DNA of 64,000 nucleotides from an uncultured Spirochaetota bacterium (GTDB taxonomy: Bacteria > Spirochaetota > Spirochaetia > SZUA-6 > CAVTHK01), in NCBI GenBank assembly GCA_963734495.1, contig CAVTHK010000003.1, positions 192,001 through 256,000 of the forward strand, written 5' to 3'. Numbering within the stretch: position 1 is the first letter of the stretch; each line of letters opens with the position of its first letter. The notes beneath the pieces were generated by a model that saw nothing but the letters and a program-made list of their open reading frames with translations, made no database searches and was not told the origin of the DNA. Shown piece after piece: positions 11,012-23,500 of the stretch. Both the position numbers and the translations under genes were made by a program.

Positions 11012-11430
11012 TGAGCGCCAAGACGACCGTCCGCTTCGAGGACGGACTCTCGTTCGACGCCGAGCTGCAGGGACATCACTTCAAGCTGGACTCCGACCCG
11101 AAGTTCGGGGGCAGGAACCGCGGCCCGACGCCCAAGCCCTTGATCCTGACCTCGCTCGCGGGCTGCACGGGCATGGACGTCGTCTCGATCCTGGGCAAGA
11201 TGCGCATGCCCTTCGACTCCTTCGAGGTCGAGGTCCAAGGCGACGTCACGGCCGAGCACCCCGTCGTGTACACTCGGATTCACGTCCGCTACGTCTTCAA
11301 GGGCGCGCAGCTCGACCGCGAGAAGATCGCGAAGGCGGTCGACCTGTCGCGCCACAAGTACTGCGGCGTCTACGCGATGCTGGACAAGGTCTGCACGGTC
11401 ACCCACGAGATCGTCACCTCGGCGGCCTGA
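11011..11430 (+). CDS. OsmC/YhfA family protein
   Basis: GPTPK, LAGCTGMDV, KYCGV. Confidence 0.9.
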   Translation: MSAKTTVRFEDGLSFDAELQGHHFKLDSDPKFGGRNRGPTPKPLILTSLAGCTGMDVVSILGKMRMPFDSFEVEVQGDVTAEHPVVYTRIHVRYVFKGAQLDREKIAKAVDLSRHKYCGVYAMLDKVCTVTHEIVTSAA

Positions 11431-11502
11431 GCGCCCGCGCCCGGGCGCAAACGCAGCACGACCCTCGACCCCGTCATCCTTTGCAGGTGCACCCGCAGCG
11501 GG

Positions 11503-11919
11503 GTGCGCCCGCGGAGGTGGAGATTGAAGGGAGTCGTCGTGGATGTCCGGGCCGCCGTCGTTGGCGACCGTCTCAAGGTCGGCGCGCGGGTGAGCACGCA
11601 GCAGGAGGGCCTCGTCGACGCTTTCCTGCCGGATCGGGAGGTGGCCGCGTTTCTCCCGCGCTCGCTGCTGCTGGGGGCGAGGGCCGATGCTCCGAGGAGC
11701 CTGCTCGCGAGCCTCACCCCCATATTGAAGCGCTTCACCGTGGGCCGGGAGGTGAGGGTGTGGAGCTACGAGGAGGAGCGCTACTTCTCGTTTCCGTCCT
11801 GGCGGTCGGTGCGCTTCCGCGCCCAAGACGAGCCCGCGGCGGCCCCGGCCGCTGAGGCCGGTGCGGAAGCGCCGCCGGAGCCCGGCGTCAACGGAGCCGC
11901 GAGTACCACGCCTGCATGA
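11503..11919 (+). CDS. Hypothetical protein
   Basis: 138-aa protein-like ORF filling the gap; start uncertain. Confidence 0.5.
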   Translation: MRPRRWRLKGVVVDVRAAVVGDRLKVGARVSTQQEGLVDAFLPDREVAAFLPRSLLLGARADAPRSLLASLTPILKRFTVGREVRVWSYEEERYFSFPSWRSVRFRAQDEPAAAPAAEAGAEAPPEPGVNGAASTTPA

Positions 11920-12714
11920 GGATGCCGAACGCCACCGCGACGTTGAGCGACGCGCGGGCGCCGGCCATCGGAATGGACACCCGGCCGCCGCTGGACGCCG
12001 CCAGAGCGAGGGCCTCCGGGCTCAGCCCGAGCTCCTCGGAGCCTATCAGGACCGTGCCGCGGGCGGGGAACGCGAACTCATCGATGGGGACGCCGCCGGT
12101 CTCCAGGGCAAAGACGGGCGGTTTCGCCGGGGTGCCGTCGGGCGTGCCCTGATCTCCCGCCTGCGGGGCAATGTCCACGAGCTCGCAGACCGACCAGGGG
12201 ACCACGTCCGAGCATCCGCGCGACGTACGTCGTGGCCCTCGCGAGCGTGGGCAGAGGCGTCCGCGGCGACAGGTGCACGTGCTCCACCCCGAAGGCCTCG
12301 GCGGTGCGGAAGATCGCGCCGACGTTGTACGGAGAGCGGATGTCCTCGAGGTACACCCGCATGGGAAGCACCCGCCGCGTGACCGCGGGCTGCGCTGCGG
12401 CACCCGGGCAGGAGCTGGTCCCACTCGGCCCAGGGAACTTCGAGCTCGGCCATGATCAGGTGCCGCAGCGCGTTCAGGGATCTCAGCGCCTCGTCGCGCG
12501 GACCGGCGAGCCCGCTTTGCAGGGCCGCGGCCTGATCGCGCGGCGCGGGCCCGAGAGCCGACAGAAAGGCTTCGGAGCGGAGCAGCGGCTCGAGATCGCC
12601 GCCGCGGACGGCGCCGCCGGCGCCGAGGCGCGCTTCCTCGTCGCGGATCAGCACGAGGAGCTTGCGCAGGCGCGTCTTCGGAGGCAGTCGCTCGAGCTTC
12701 CGTACGCTGAACAT
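11888..12714 (-). CDS. TrmH/SpoU family RNA methyltransferase (frameshifted)
   Basis: LEDIRSPYNVGAIFRTAEAFG, IGSEELG and SIPMAGARASLNVAVA spread over three frames. Confidence 0.85.
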
Positions 12715-12737
12715 GCGGTCTGCGGAGGGTCGCTGCG

Positions 12738-13887
12738 TCAGTACGAGGACTTCAGGATCTCGTACAGGTCGTCGACCGAGGTCACTCGCGGCACGCGGGT
12801 CACCAGGTCCAGCCTGTGGGCCGCCTCCGCGACTTCGACCATCTCTTCGAGGGCGACCCCGAGATCGCGGAGTCGCGTCGGCAGCTTGAGCGAGCCGATG
12901 ATCCCCCGGACGCCTTCGATGGCGCGCCCCGCGGCGTCGGGCACCGAAAGATCGGACAGGTCCTCGCCGAGCAGCCGGCCGACGTCGCGGAGCTTCTCGG
13001 CGGCCGTCGTCAGGTGGAACTCCATGACGCGCGGGAGCAGCACCGTGGCAGCCCACGACTTGGGGACGCGGAGGCGCGCGTTCAGCGCGTAGGAGAGCGC
13101 CGCACCCACCCCCGAGCGCCCCATCGAAAGGCCGAGGGCGGTGAGCAGGCCCGCCCTGGCCGCGCCGGTGCGCGGGGCGAGCTCCTCGCCGCCGGCGAGC
13201 GGATCACGCAGCACCGGGCCCAGGGTCTCGATGGCCTTGAGGAAGAACGTGTCGGAGAGGAAGCTGCCGCCGGTCGCCAGGTACCCTTCGACGGCGTGCA
13301 TCAGCGTGTCGACCATCGTGGCCGCCAGGTACTTGGCGGGCAGGCTCAGGGAGAGCTTGGGGTCGAGGAACACCGCGGCGGCGGCGCCCGCATCGGGCCT
13401 CCCGACGACCGCCGAGCGGTCGCGCGCGTCGGTGACGAGCCACGCCCCGCTGAACATGAACGGGTCGCGGCAGGTCGTCGGGAGCTCGGCGCAGCGGATC
13501 GGCGGCTTGTCCGCGGGAGCGCCTGCGAGGAGGTCGTCGATGTGACGTCGAAGAGGCGGCGGCGATCGCGGCGAGCTTGGCGATCGAGAGGGTCTTGACG
13601 CCGCCGAGGCCGATCACCAGATCGACACGGCCTCCCCTGGCCAGCCTGGCGGCCTCGTCGGCATTCGTGCTGGTCGCGCCGGGGATGACTTCATCGTAGA
13701 CGACAGGCTCGAGTCCCTTGCGGGAGAGCAGGCCGGATACGTGGTCGATGACTCCGCGTTCGTAGAGGATCGCCTCGGTGACGAGGAGGATGCGCCTGCC
13801 CAGGCCCGCGGCCACCCCGCCGAGCCGCAGCGCGCAGTCCACGCCGAAGTACGTTTGAGCGGGCACGTTGAAGAATACGTCGGGCAT
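12738..13887 (-). CDS. Iron-containing alcohol dehydrogenase family protein (frameshift near 13500-13550)
   Basis: VIGLGGVKTLSIAK, LDPKL, DTLMHAVEGY, LPTRLRDLG. Confidence 0.85.
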
Positions 13888-13921
13888 CGTCCCCTCCGGG
13901 CCGGCACCGGTCGGTCCACCT

Positions 13922-13954
13922 AAAAAAAAGACGGAGACTCGCGTTCTCCGTCTT
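13922..13954 (-). terminator. Intrinsic terminator of flgM
   Basis: AAGACGGAGA/TCTCCGTCTT stem followed by a T-run on the minus strand. Confidence 0.8.
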
Positions 13955-13978
13955 GGATGCCTCTTGCAAGGACGCGGG

Positions 13979-14266
13979 CTAGGAGATCTTGAAGACCTCC
14001 ATCAGCCGGTCTGCGAGCTCACCGATGACCTTGTCCGTGATGTACATCGGGTCGTCCAGCTTGCGCTTGACCTCTTCGATCCGGTCCATGCGCAGGTCCG
14101 GCGCGGACTTGGCGGCCTCCGTCGCGTTGTAGATCTCGGCCTTTTCCATGGCGCCTTCGGACACATTGATCGAGTCTGTCGCCGCGGCCTTCTCGGCCGG
14201 CGCCGGACGTTCGGTCTTTTTGGGTTTGGATACCGGGTCCGGAAAGCCCACCCTTTCGACCGTCAT
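13979..14266 (-). CDS. flgM: Anti-sigma28 factor FlgM
   Basis: 95 aa; DSINVSE and PDLRMDRIEEVKRKL match the FlgM pattern. Confidence 0.8.
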   Translation of the reverse strand: MTVERVGFPDPVSKPKKTERPAPAEKAAATDSINVSEGAMEKAEIYNATEAAKSAPDLRMDRIEEVKRKLDDPMYITDKVIGELADRLMEVFKIS

Positions 14267-14291
14267 CGGAGAGCCCTTCCTTTCATTTTGA

Positions 14292-14319
14292 GTATCGTCC
14301 CCGCGGACGATCAACTTGA
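14292..14319 (-). promoter_or_regulatory. Putative sigma28 promoter of flgM
   Basis: Minus strand TCAAG-15 bp-GACGATAC resembles TAAA-N15-GCCGATAA. Confidence 0.55.
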
Positions 14320-14516
14320 ACCCTATTCCGTCTACTAAAGTACCTTTTTTCGCGGCCGCCGGCCTCCCGCGCGACCCGGTTTTCGCGGCCGCCCGGCGAC
14401 TCAGCCATTCTCGACTGTTTGCCGCGCGCAGTCAAGGACAGGGCGTCCCCGTCCGGCGCGCCTCCGTCCGAGCGCCGCGCTGGGAGCCCTTCATCTCATG
14501 TCGCCTTGACCACGCT

Positions 14517-17500
14517 TCACCTCACCACCAGCACCTTGCGGGTCTCGTCGATGCCCGGGCCCACCACCTTGATAAAGTAGACCCCCCTGGCCACCGCGCG
14601 GTCGCCGCGGTTGCGTCCGTCCCAGGTCGTCGAGTACTCGCCCTTGTCCTGCCTGCCCGCGGTACAGGATGTCCACGATGTCGCCCTTGAGGTCGAAAAC
14701 GGTGATCGTGACCGTCGCCCGAGCCCGTCAGCACGTAGCGCAGCGACACGCGCTCGCCCTGGTCCGGGTTGATGACGTTGTTCATGATCGTGACGTCGCC
14801 GCGCTGCGTGCGGATGCCGCGCACGGCCCAGCCCCACGGCCGCGCCGTCCGCGGGTCGCTCCGGTCGGCGACGTCGGCGCAGGGCAGGCCGTTGATCACG
14901 AACACGAACTGGAGGTCCGCCCCGTCCTTGATCTCGGGGTCGGCCGCCGGGATCACAAAGTCGCTCAGCGCGCCGGTCGGCACGCCCGCGAGCGACCGCG
15001 CGGCTCCGTTCGGGAGGTGCCCCTTGTCCTCGCGGTCACGACCGGCAGCCAGAACGGGCCACCGGGTTCGGGGCGTTCACGTCGTAGTAGAGGGTGACGG
15101 CCGGGTAGGGCGCCGTGCCCCAGGCCGCGGTCTCGACGCGCGCCTGCAGCAGGATGTCGAGATCCTGCAGCCAGTCGGAACCGTCGAACACCGTGATGCG
15201 CCCGATGCCTCCGCGCACGGGGTCGCGCTGCGTCACCTGGTCGCTCGCCCACACCGGCGCGATGAGCCCGAGCCCCACGTCGGAGATCCGGTGCGCCGTG
15301 GCCGCCATCGACCTGTTGGCGACCGCGAGGCAGCCGCCCGTCCGCCGTCGCGTTGGGATACCCCGCGGGGTCCACGCGGCCGGCGTACTGCTGATCCCAG
15401 ACCGCGCCCGCCACGGCCGCGACCGTCCGCGGCGCGATCACGTCCGCGTCCGTGATCGGATTGGCGAACTCCAGCATCGCGTCGTGCGCGCCGCCGCTCG
15501 CCGGGCCGAGGAGAGTCAGGGTGAAGGTGTTCGTTCCGCTGTAGGCGAAGTCCGCCCCGGTGATCGAGGCCGTTGCCGCCGCGTCGGTCCACACCGGCTC
15601 CGAGAACGACAGGTAGACGCGCCGCTCGCCGGCGACCGCGAGGGTGTAGGCGATGATCGGGCGCGCGCCGTCGTCCGCGGTGTACACCTTCGCGCCGGAC
15701 TTGACGTAAGCGCCTCCCGCGGTGTTGAACAGCGAAGTGTTGGTGAGCAGCTGCCATGCGGGCCGCGCGTCGGTGTCGACGGCAGGCTTCTCCTGCACGA
15801 GGATGTCGAAGACGTCGTCGCCCGTCCCCGCGCCCATGTACCCGCTCTGGAACCCGGTCACCTGGTAGCCGCTGACCGCCGCGGTCAGTCCCGCCGAAGT
15901 TGTCGTTGAGCGTCGTGCCGGGCCTGACCTGCACGCGGATGCGGTCGATGCGGCCGTTGCCGTCCGTGTCGAGCGTCCAGCTCGCCTCGATCGCGATGGC
16001 GAAGGCCCAGTTGTAGCAGAAGCCGATGTCCTTGGTGGTGTCCGCCGGATCGGGCGTCACGTTCGCGCCCGGGATGGCCGGGGTAGGATCCGCGTAGCTC
16101 AGGGAGACCTGGACGTAGTCGATGGTCTGCGTCCCGGAAATCCGCAGCACCCACTGGTCGGCGTTGACCGGGGCGGTGTCGTAGTCGTAGGACCCGAGAG
16201 GAGGCGGAGCGGGCAGCGGCGCGGTGCTCGTGAGCGTGACGAGCTGGCCCGCAGCTCCGGTGACGGTGAGGTTGTGGCTCACGCCGTGCACGATGCCGCC
16301 GGAGGCCACGACCAGCCCCGTGCCCTGGTTGGCTTCGAATTCGATGCGGGAGCCCGGGACGACCGCGCGCAGGTCGTAGAAGGTCGTGCTCCCGAGGATC
16401 TGGTAGGTGACGGGTCTGGCGAGCTCGACCATGCCCGTGCCGGCGGCGAAGCCTGTCGCCCCGGTGATGTCGACGTCGTTGCGCCAGGTGACCGTTCCGC
16501 TGCTCGTCGCGTCGCCCATCACGATCGTGGCGGCGCCGCCGTCGCGGAGCTGGCCCGCGGCGATGCGCAGGCTGCTCACGATCGTGAGCGTGGCGCCGTA
16601 GGTCGTCGTGCCGCCGTTCTTCTCCAGCGCGTAGAACCGCTCGCTCGTAGCGATCGTCCCGGTGCCGTCGAAGACCACCGTTCCGGCTCTCTGCTGGAAC
16701 GCGGCGTCGCCCGCACTGTTCGTCCAGCCCGCGGCCACGGTGAGCTTCCACGGCCCTCCGGCCGCGGCGTCGTCGACGTCGAGCACGCCGCCCGGTGATC
16801 GCGAGGCTGCCGTTGGCCTCCATGTCGTCCCGCAGGGCCACCGTCTGCGCGCCGGAGGCGACGGTCACGTCCCAGAAGGCCTGACCTGCGCTGGTGATCG
16901 TCTGGAGCGCGCCCAGGCCTCCGTCGAACGTGGTGGCGCCTGCGGTGAACGCCATCAGACCGCCCGCCGCCACGGTCCAGTTGCCGCTCACCGCGAGATT
17001 GCTCGAGTCGGTGAACGTCGCCCCCGCCCCGATGCTGACGTTGTCGAACGACGCGCTGGTGACCGCGATGATGAGGTTGGTGCCCGCCCCGCTGATGCTC
17101 ACGTTGCCGAAGTCCTGAGCGTTGGGCAGCAGTGTCTGGGCTGCCCCTGAGTCAAAGCTGAAGGTTCCCGCGCCCTTGGCGAAGCTGCCGCCCGTGAAGT
17201 CGACGTTGCCCCTGGCGCTCAGCGTGTTGGCGGCCCCCATGCCCGAGGCGTTGAGGCTGCCTGCTATGGCGGCCGCGGTGGTGACCGTCGTGTTGTGCGC
17301 TCCGGTGACGAGCGTGCCTCCCACCGTGAGGCCGCCTGCCAGGGTGAGGTCGCCGGCCGGGGCCACGGAGGCGCCGGCGGGCACGCTGAGGCTGCCGAGG
17401 CTCGTGCTGGTGGTTAGCGTCGCGGGCCCCGCGCCCGTCATCGTCAGCGTGTTGTTGGCTGGCGTCGCGAAGGTCCCGCTGATATTGACGTTGCCTGAAG

Positions 17501-20500
17501 CTGTAATGGTAGTTGCCGCGGAGTTGGTGAACGTGCCCGCGGAAGCAAAGGCTCCGCAGCTGATCGCCCCCGCGCTGCTGACGATGCCCGTGCCGGCCGC
17601 GATGGTCACCGCACCGGTGCCGGTGGCGAGCGAACCGCCGGCGGCGATCGACAGCGTGCCGTCGCTCACCGTCACCGCGCCGTTGGTGGTGCTGAGGCTG
17701 CGCGCGCCGACGTCCAGGGTCGAGCTGGCGCCGTTCAGCGTGATCGTGCTGCCGAACACCGTGTTGCCGTCGAGCACGATGCTCTTCGTTGGCGCCAAGG
17801 AGCACGGCCGGCTGGTAGGCGTTGAGGTTGGCCAGGTGCACCGCCAGGCCGTTGTAGTCGATGTCGCTGCCCGTAAAGGCGAACGTCCCGCCGCTGCTCA
17901 GCGTGGCCGCGAACGCGTTGCTGAGGATGCGCACGATGCCGCTGTTGTTGACGGCCTGCCCGTTGTTGACCGTCAGCGTCACGGCCTGCGCCGTCGGATT
18001 GATCCCCAGGACGGCCGCCGCGCCGACGTTCACCGTGTCCATCGTGACGTTGTCGTTGAGGCGAAGCACGTTGCCCGCCACCGCGCTCAGGTCGACGCGA
18101 CCCAGGTCGTTGCCCCGGGCGACCAGGTCTTTGGCCGCGGCACCCGTGAAGAGCCAGCGGCCGGCGCCCTTGGCAAAGACGCCCGTGCCGCCGAAGCTCA
18201 CGTTGCCGTTCGCTGTCAACGCGTTGGCGGCGCCCATCCCCGAGGCGTTCAGCGTCCCCGTGACCGTCGTCAGGCCCGTCACCGATGCGTTGTTGGCTCC
18301 CGTGGCCAGCGTGCCGCTCACCGCCAGGTTCCGCCCGACCGTGAGGGTCCCGCTCATTGCGCGGACCGCGGCCGTGACCTGCAGGTCGTAGAAGGTCTCC
18401 GCGCTGAGCGAGCCGGCACCGTCGAGCACGACGGTGCCAAGGCGCGGAGTGAAGCTGCCGCCTGTGTGGCTCCAGTTGCCGGCGACGTTGATCTGCCAGT
18501 TGCTGCCCAGCCCGACGTCCATCGTCCCCCCCAGGATCGACAGCGTGTTGCTGACCGTGATGGCCGAGCCCAGGGTGACGGTGCCGTTGACCGTGAAGTT
18601 GAAGAAGGGGTTGGCTGCGGTCACAGAGGGGGCCGTACCCGTAAAGACGACCGTGGAGGAGCCTGCGCTGAACCCCGCAGTCTCGCTCCAGTTGCCACCC
18701 ACCGAGATGGTACGCGCGGTGCCGTTGAAGGCTCCTGTGCCCCCTATGGCGACGTCGGCGCTGACGGTGACGTTGGCGCTGCCGGTCTCGGTGCCGCTGC
18801 CGCTGACTGTGAGGCTGCGCAGGGTCAGCAGGGCGTTGTTGGTCAGCGTGCCTGCCGAGATGGCCGCCCCGCCGGTGGCCCCGTTGGCCGTGGCTGCAGC
18901 CGAGAAGGTGGTAGAGCCGCCGGAGACCAGGATGTCGCCGTCGGCGCCGCTCAGGGTCACGATGCCGCCGAAGGTGTGAGTACCGGCCGAGATGTCCAGG
19001 TCGCCGGTGGTGATGGTCACGGCCGCGCTGCCCCCATAGACGGAGGCGGCGTTGTTGATGGTGAAGTTGTTGGTGACGGTCAGCGTGGTGGGGGCGTTGA
19101 CCGTGAGGTTGCCTCCGCTCATGGTGAGGCTGCCGGCTGCAACCGCCCCCGCGGTGTCGGCGGTCATGCTGCCGCCGTTGATGGTAAAGGCGTTGCTGAC
19201 CGTAAAGCCTGCGGCCGCGGTGCGGGCCCCCGCGCTGATGGTGAGGTCGTAGAAGGTCTCGTTGGTGTTGCTGCCCGCGCTGGTGAGCACCACCGTACCA
19301 GTCTGCGGGTTGAAGCTGCCCCCGGTGCGGCTCCAGTTGCCCGCCAGGTTGATCTGGTAGGGTCCGGCCGCGTTGACGTCCAGTGTGCCGTTGCTGATGG
19401 CCAGGTTGCCGTTGACGTTGAGTGCATCCGTCAGGCGCACCGTGTTGGTTGACGCCACCGTGAAGCTGTAGAAGGACTGTCCGCTGCTCTGGACCGTTTG
19501 CAGCGCACCCCCGTCGAAGGTGGTGATGCCTGCTGAGAAAGCCATGAGGCCGCCTGCGGCGACTGTCCAGTTGCCAGAGACCGCCAGGCTGCGCGAGTTG
19601 GTAAAGGTGGCCCCAGCCCCGATGGCCACGTTGTCGAAGGAGGCGGAGGTTGTGGCGATGGTGAGGTTGGTGCCCGCCCCGCTGATGCTCACGTTGCCGA
19701 AGTCCTGGTTGCTGGGCAGAAGCGTCTGGGCTGCCCCCCGGTCGAAGGTGAAGGTCCCGCTGCCCTTGGTGAAGGTGCCGCCGCTGAAGTCGACAGTGGC
19801 ACCCGTGGCATTCAGTGCCCCGGGTCCGGAGTTGTTCAGCGTGCCGCTAACGGTGAGGTTGCCGTTGAATGTGGTGGTGTTGCCGGCCAACATGCCTGAG
19901 GAGTTCAGCGTGCCTGCTACGGTCGCGACGCCATCGACGGTGGCGTTGTGGGGGCCGATGGCCAGCGTGCCGCCCACGGCGTTCACCGAGAGGGTTCCCA
20001 GCAGGGTGAGGTCGGCGGTGAGCGCCACCGAGGCGGCTGCGGGAACCACGAGGTTGCCGATGGGCACCGCGGCATTCAGCGTAGCCGGCCCGGCGCCGGT
20101 CATGGTGAGTGTGTTGTTGGTCTGAGCCGCGGAGAAGGTGCCGCTGATGGCCACGTTGCCGCTGGCCGTGATGGTGTTGACCCCCGCGTTGGTGAACGTG
20201 CCCGTGGAGGTGAACGCCCCGCAGCTGATCGCACCGTCGCTGGAGAGAGTCCCGGAGTTGCTCAGAGCGCTCGTTGCGGTCAGAGTGAACCCCGCGACAT
20301 TGGCCGAGGCGAGGTTCTGAATCGCGAGGGTGTTCATCGATGCGTCGGCGGTCAGTGTGGCCGGGTAGTTGGGCTGCCCGCTGGGCAGCGTTACGTTGTC
20401 CCATTGGTCGGGCACATAGCCCCAGCTCCAGTTGTCAGGGTTGTACCAGTCGGTGTTGCCCCCGCCGCCGTCCCACGAAATGCCTGCCGGGTGAGCGGGG

Positions 20501-23500
20501 AAAATCCATCCGGGAGCAACCAGGTCGTTGTTGCCATTGTCGCGGCTGGTGTTGGCCGTGATGTTGTTGGCGCCGGCCACGGCGCTGTCCTGCACGAACG
20601 CGTAGACGATGTTCTCGGTCCCTCCGACGTTGTTGATCGTCCACTGGGCGGGCGACGCCTGGCTGAGGAGGTAGATGAGGTTGTCCGCGGCGCCGTTGAT
20701 CCTGAACGTGCCGTTGATCGTCTGCGTGGCGCCCCCCGCGGCGAAACTGAGCGTCTTGTGCAGGGTCGTGCAGGTGAAGTTGAAGAAGGTCGTCGAGCCG
20801 TTGATCAATGCCGTCGAGGCCGTGTTAAAGACCACCGTGCCCGTCCCGCCGTTGAACCCCGCCGCCCCGACGTTGTTCGTCCAGTCCTGCCCGACCGTGA
20901 TCGAGTTGGCTCCGGTCGCGAGCGTCCCGCCGTTGATCGTGACGGTATTGCCCACCGTGATGGCCGAGCCGAGGGTGGTGGTGACGCCGTTGACAGTGAA
21001 GTTGAAGAAGGAGTTGGCCGCGGTCACCGAGGGAGCTGTGCCTGTAAAGACGACCGTGGAGGAGCCTGCGTTGAACCCCGCGGTCTCGGTCCAGTTGCCG
21101 CCGACCGAGATGGTGCGCGCGTTGCCGTTGAAGGCTCCTGTGCCCCCTATGGCCACGTCGGCGCTCACCGTGACGTTGCCGCTGCCGCTCTCGGTGCCGC
21201 TGCCGCTGACCGTGAGGCTGCGCAGGGTCAGCAGCGCGTTGTTGGTCAGCGTGCCTGCCGAGATGGCCGCCCCGCCCGTGGCCCCGTTGGCCGTGGCGGC
21301 AGCGGAGAAGGTGGTGGAGCCTCCGGAGACCAGGATGTCGCCGTCGGCGCCGCTCAGGCTCACGGTACCGCCAAAGGTGTGGGTGCCGGCCGAGATGTCC
21401 AGATCCCCCGTGGTGATGGTCACCGCTGCACTGCCACCATAGACGGAGGCCGCGTTGTTGATGGTGAAGTTGTTGGTGACGGTGAGGCTGGTGGGGGCGT
21501 TGACCGTGAGGTTGCCTCCGCTCAGCGTGAGGCTGGCTGCAGCCACGGCGCCCGCCGTGTCTGCAGTCATGCTGCCGCCGTTGATGGTAAAGGCGTTGCT
21601 GACGGTGAAGCCTGCGGCTGCAGTGCGGGCCCCCGAGCTGATGGTCAGGTCGTAGAAGGTCTCGTTGGTGTTGCTGCCGGCGTTGTTGAAGACCACGGCG
21701 CCGGCCCGAGGCTGGAAGCTGCCGCCCGTGCGGCTCCAGTTGCCCCCCAGCGTGATCTGCCAGTTGCTGCCCAGCCCCACGTCCAGTGTGCCCCCCAGGA
21801 TCGACAGCGTGCTACTGACCGTGATGGCCGAGCCGAGGGTGGTGGTGACGCCGTTGACAGTGAAGTTGTAGAAGGAGTCAGCCGCGGTCAGCGAGGGGGT
21901 GGTGCCGTTGAACAGGACTGTGGAGGAGCCTGCGCTGAAGCCTGCGGTCTCGTCCCAGTCGCCGCCCACCGAGATGGTACGCGAGTTGCCGTTGAAGGCT
22001 CCTGTGCCCCCGATGGCGACGTCGGCGCTCACGGTGATGTTGGCGCTGCCGCTCTCGGTGCCGCTGCCGCTGACGGTGAGAGAGCGCAGGGTCAGCAGCG
22101 CGTTGTTGGTCAGCGTGCCTGCCGAGACAGCCGCCCCGCCGGTGGCGCCGTTGGCCGTGGCTGCAGCCGAGAAGGTGGTGGAGCCGCCGGAGATCTGGAT
22201 GGTGCCGCTGGCCCCGCTCAAGGTCACGGTGCCGCCAAAGGTGTGGGTGCCGGCGGAGATCACCAGGTTGCCGCTGGTGATGGTCACCGCAGCGCTGCCT
22301 CCATAGGTGGAGGCCGCGTTGTTGACGGTGAAGTTGTTGGTGACGGCGAGCGTGGTGGGGGTGTTGACCGTGAGGTTGCCTCCGCTCAGCGTGAGGCTGC
22401 CGGCAGCTACGGCGCCCGCCGTGTCGGCGGTCATGCTGCCGCCGTTGATGGTAAAGGCGTTGCTGACCGTGAAGCCGGCGGCTGCGGTGCGCGCCCCTGC
22501 GCTGATAGTCAGGTCGTAGAAGGTCTCGTTGGTGTTGCTGCCAGCGTTGTTGAACACCACGGCGCCGGCCCGAGGCTGGAAGCTCGCCCGCCCCAGGGTG
22601 GCTCCAGTTGCCCCCCACCGTGATCTGCCAGTTGCTGCCTAGCCCCACGTCCAGCGTCCCCCCCAGGATCGACAGCGTGTTGCTCACCGTGATGGCCGAG
22701 CCGAGGGTGACCGTGCCGTTGACCGTGAAGTCATAGAAAGAGTTGACCATTTGCACGGTCGAGACACCAGTCACAGTTACGTTGGAAGTGCCAGCCGTGA
22801 AAACGCCGCCCGTCATGGTGAGGTTGCCGGCCACGTTCAGGGCGCCGTTGGAGCTGAAGGTGTAGGTGCCGGCTGACATGGTGAAGCCTGCGCAGCTCAA
22901 GGTGCCCGTGCTCTGCGTGATGGTGGCAGCCGCGTTGCTGAGCGACACAGTCCTGCTGCCGGTGGCGCCGTCGAGGGTACCGCTGCCGATGGCGATGGTG
23001 GCGGCAGTGGCCGAGCTCATGGCGAGGTTGCGCCTAGCTCGCAGGGTGTTGCCGTTGAGGTCCAGCGTCCCCTGCGTCATCGTCAGCGTCCCAGTGAGCG
23101 TGACGTTGCTCAGCAGCTGCACCGTGGTGGCTCCCGCCCCCTTGTTGATGGTCAGGGCGTTGAGCGTCGCGGTGGCTGGGGGAGCGTTCAGCGTGGTGCC
23201 GCCGGCTCCCTGCAGTGTCATGGTGGAGGTGACACGCGTAAAGTTGCCCGTCGCGGAGAAGCTCACGTTGCCGCTGATCAGCAGGCTCTCGGAAGCTGTG
23301 GCAGCCAGGGTGGCGCCATTGCGACCGTCACGTTGCCGCCCACAGTCAGGTTCTGGCCCCCCAGGCTGAAGGTGCCCGTGGTGACCGCCAGGTTGCCCGC
23401 AACGGTCAGCGCGCTGGTGGTGATGCTCACCGTGCCCCCGGAGGACAGGGTGAGGTTGTTCAGCTGGTTGCCGCCGGCCACCTGCACGGTTGTGCCTGCT

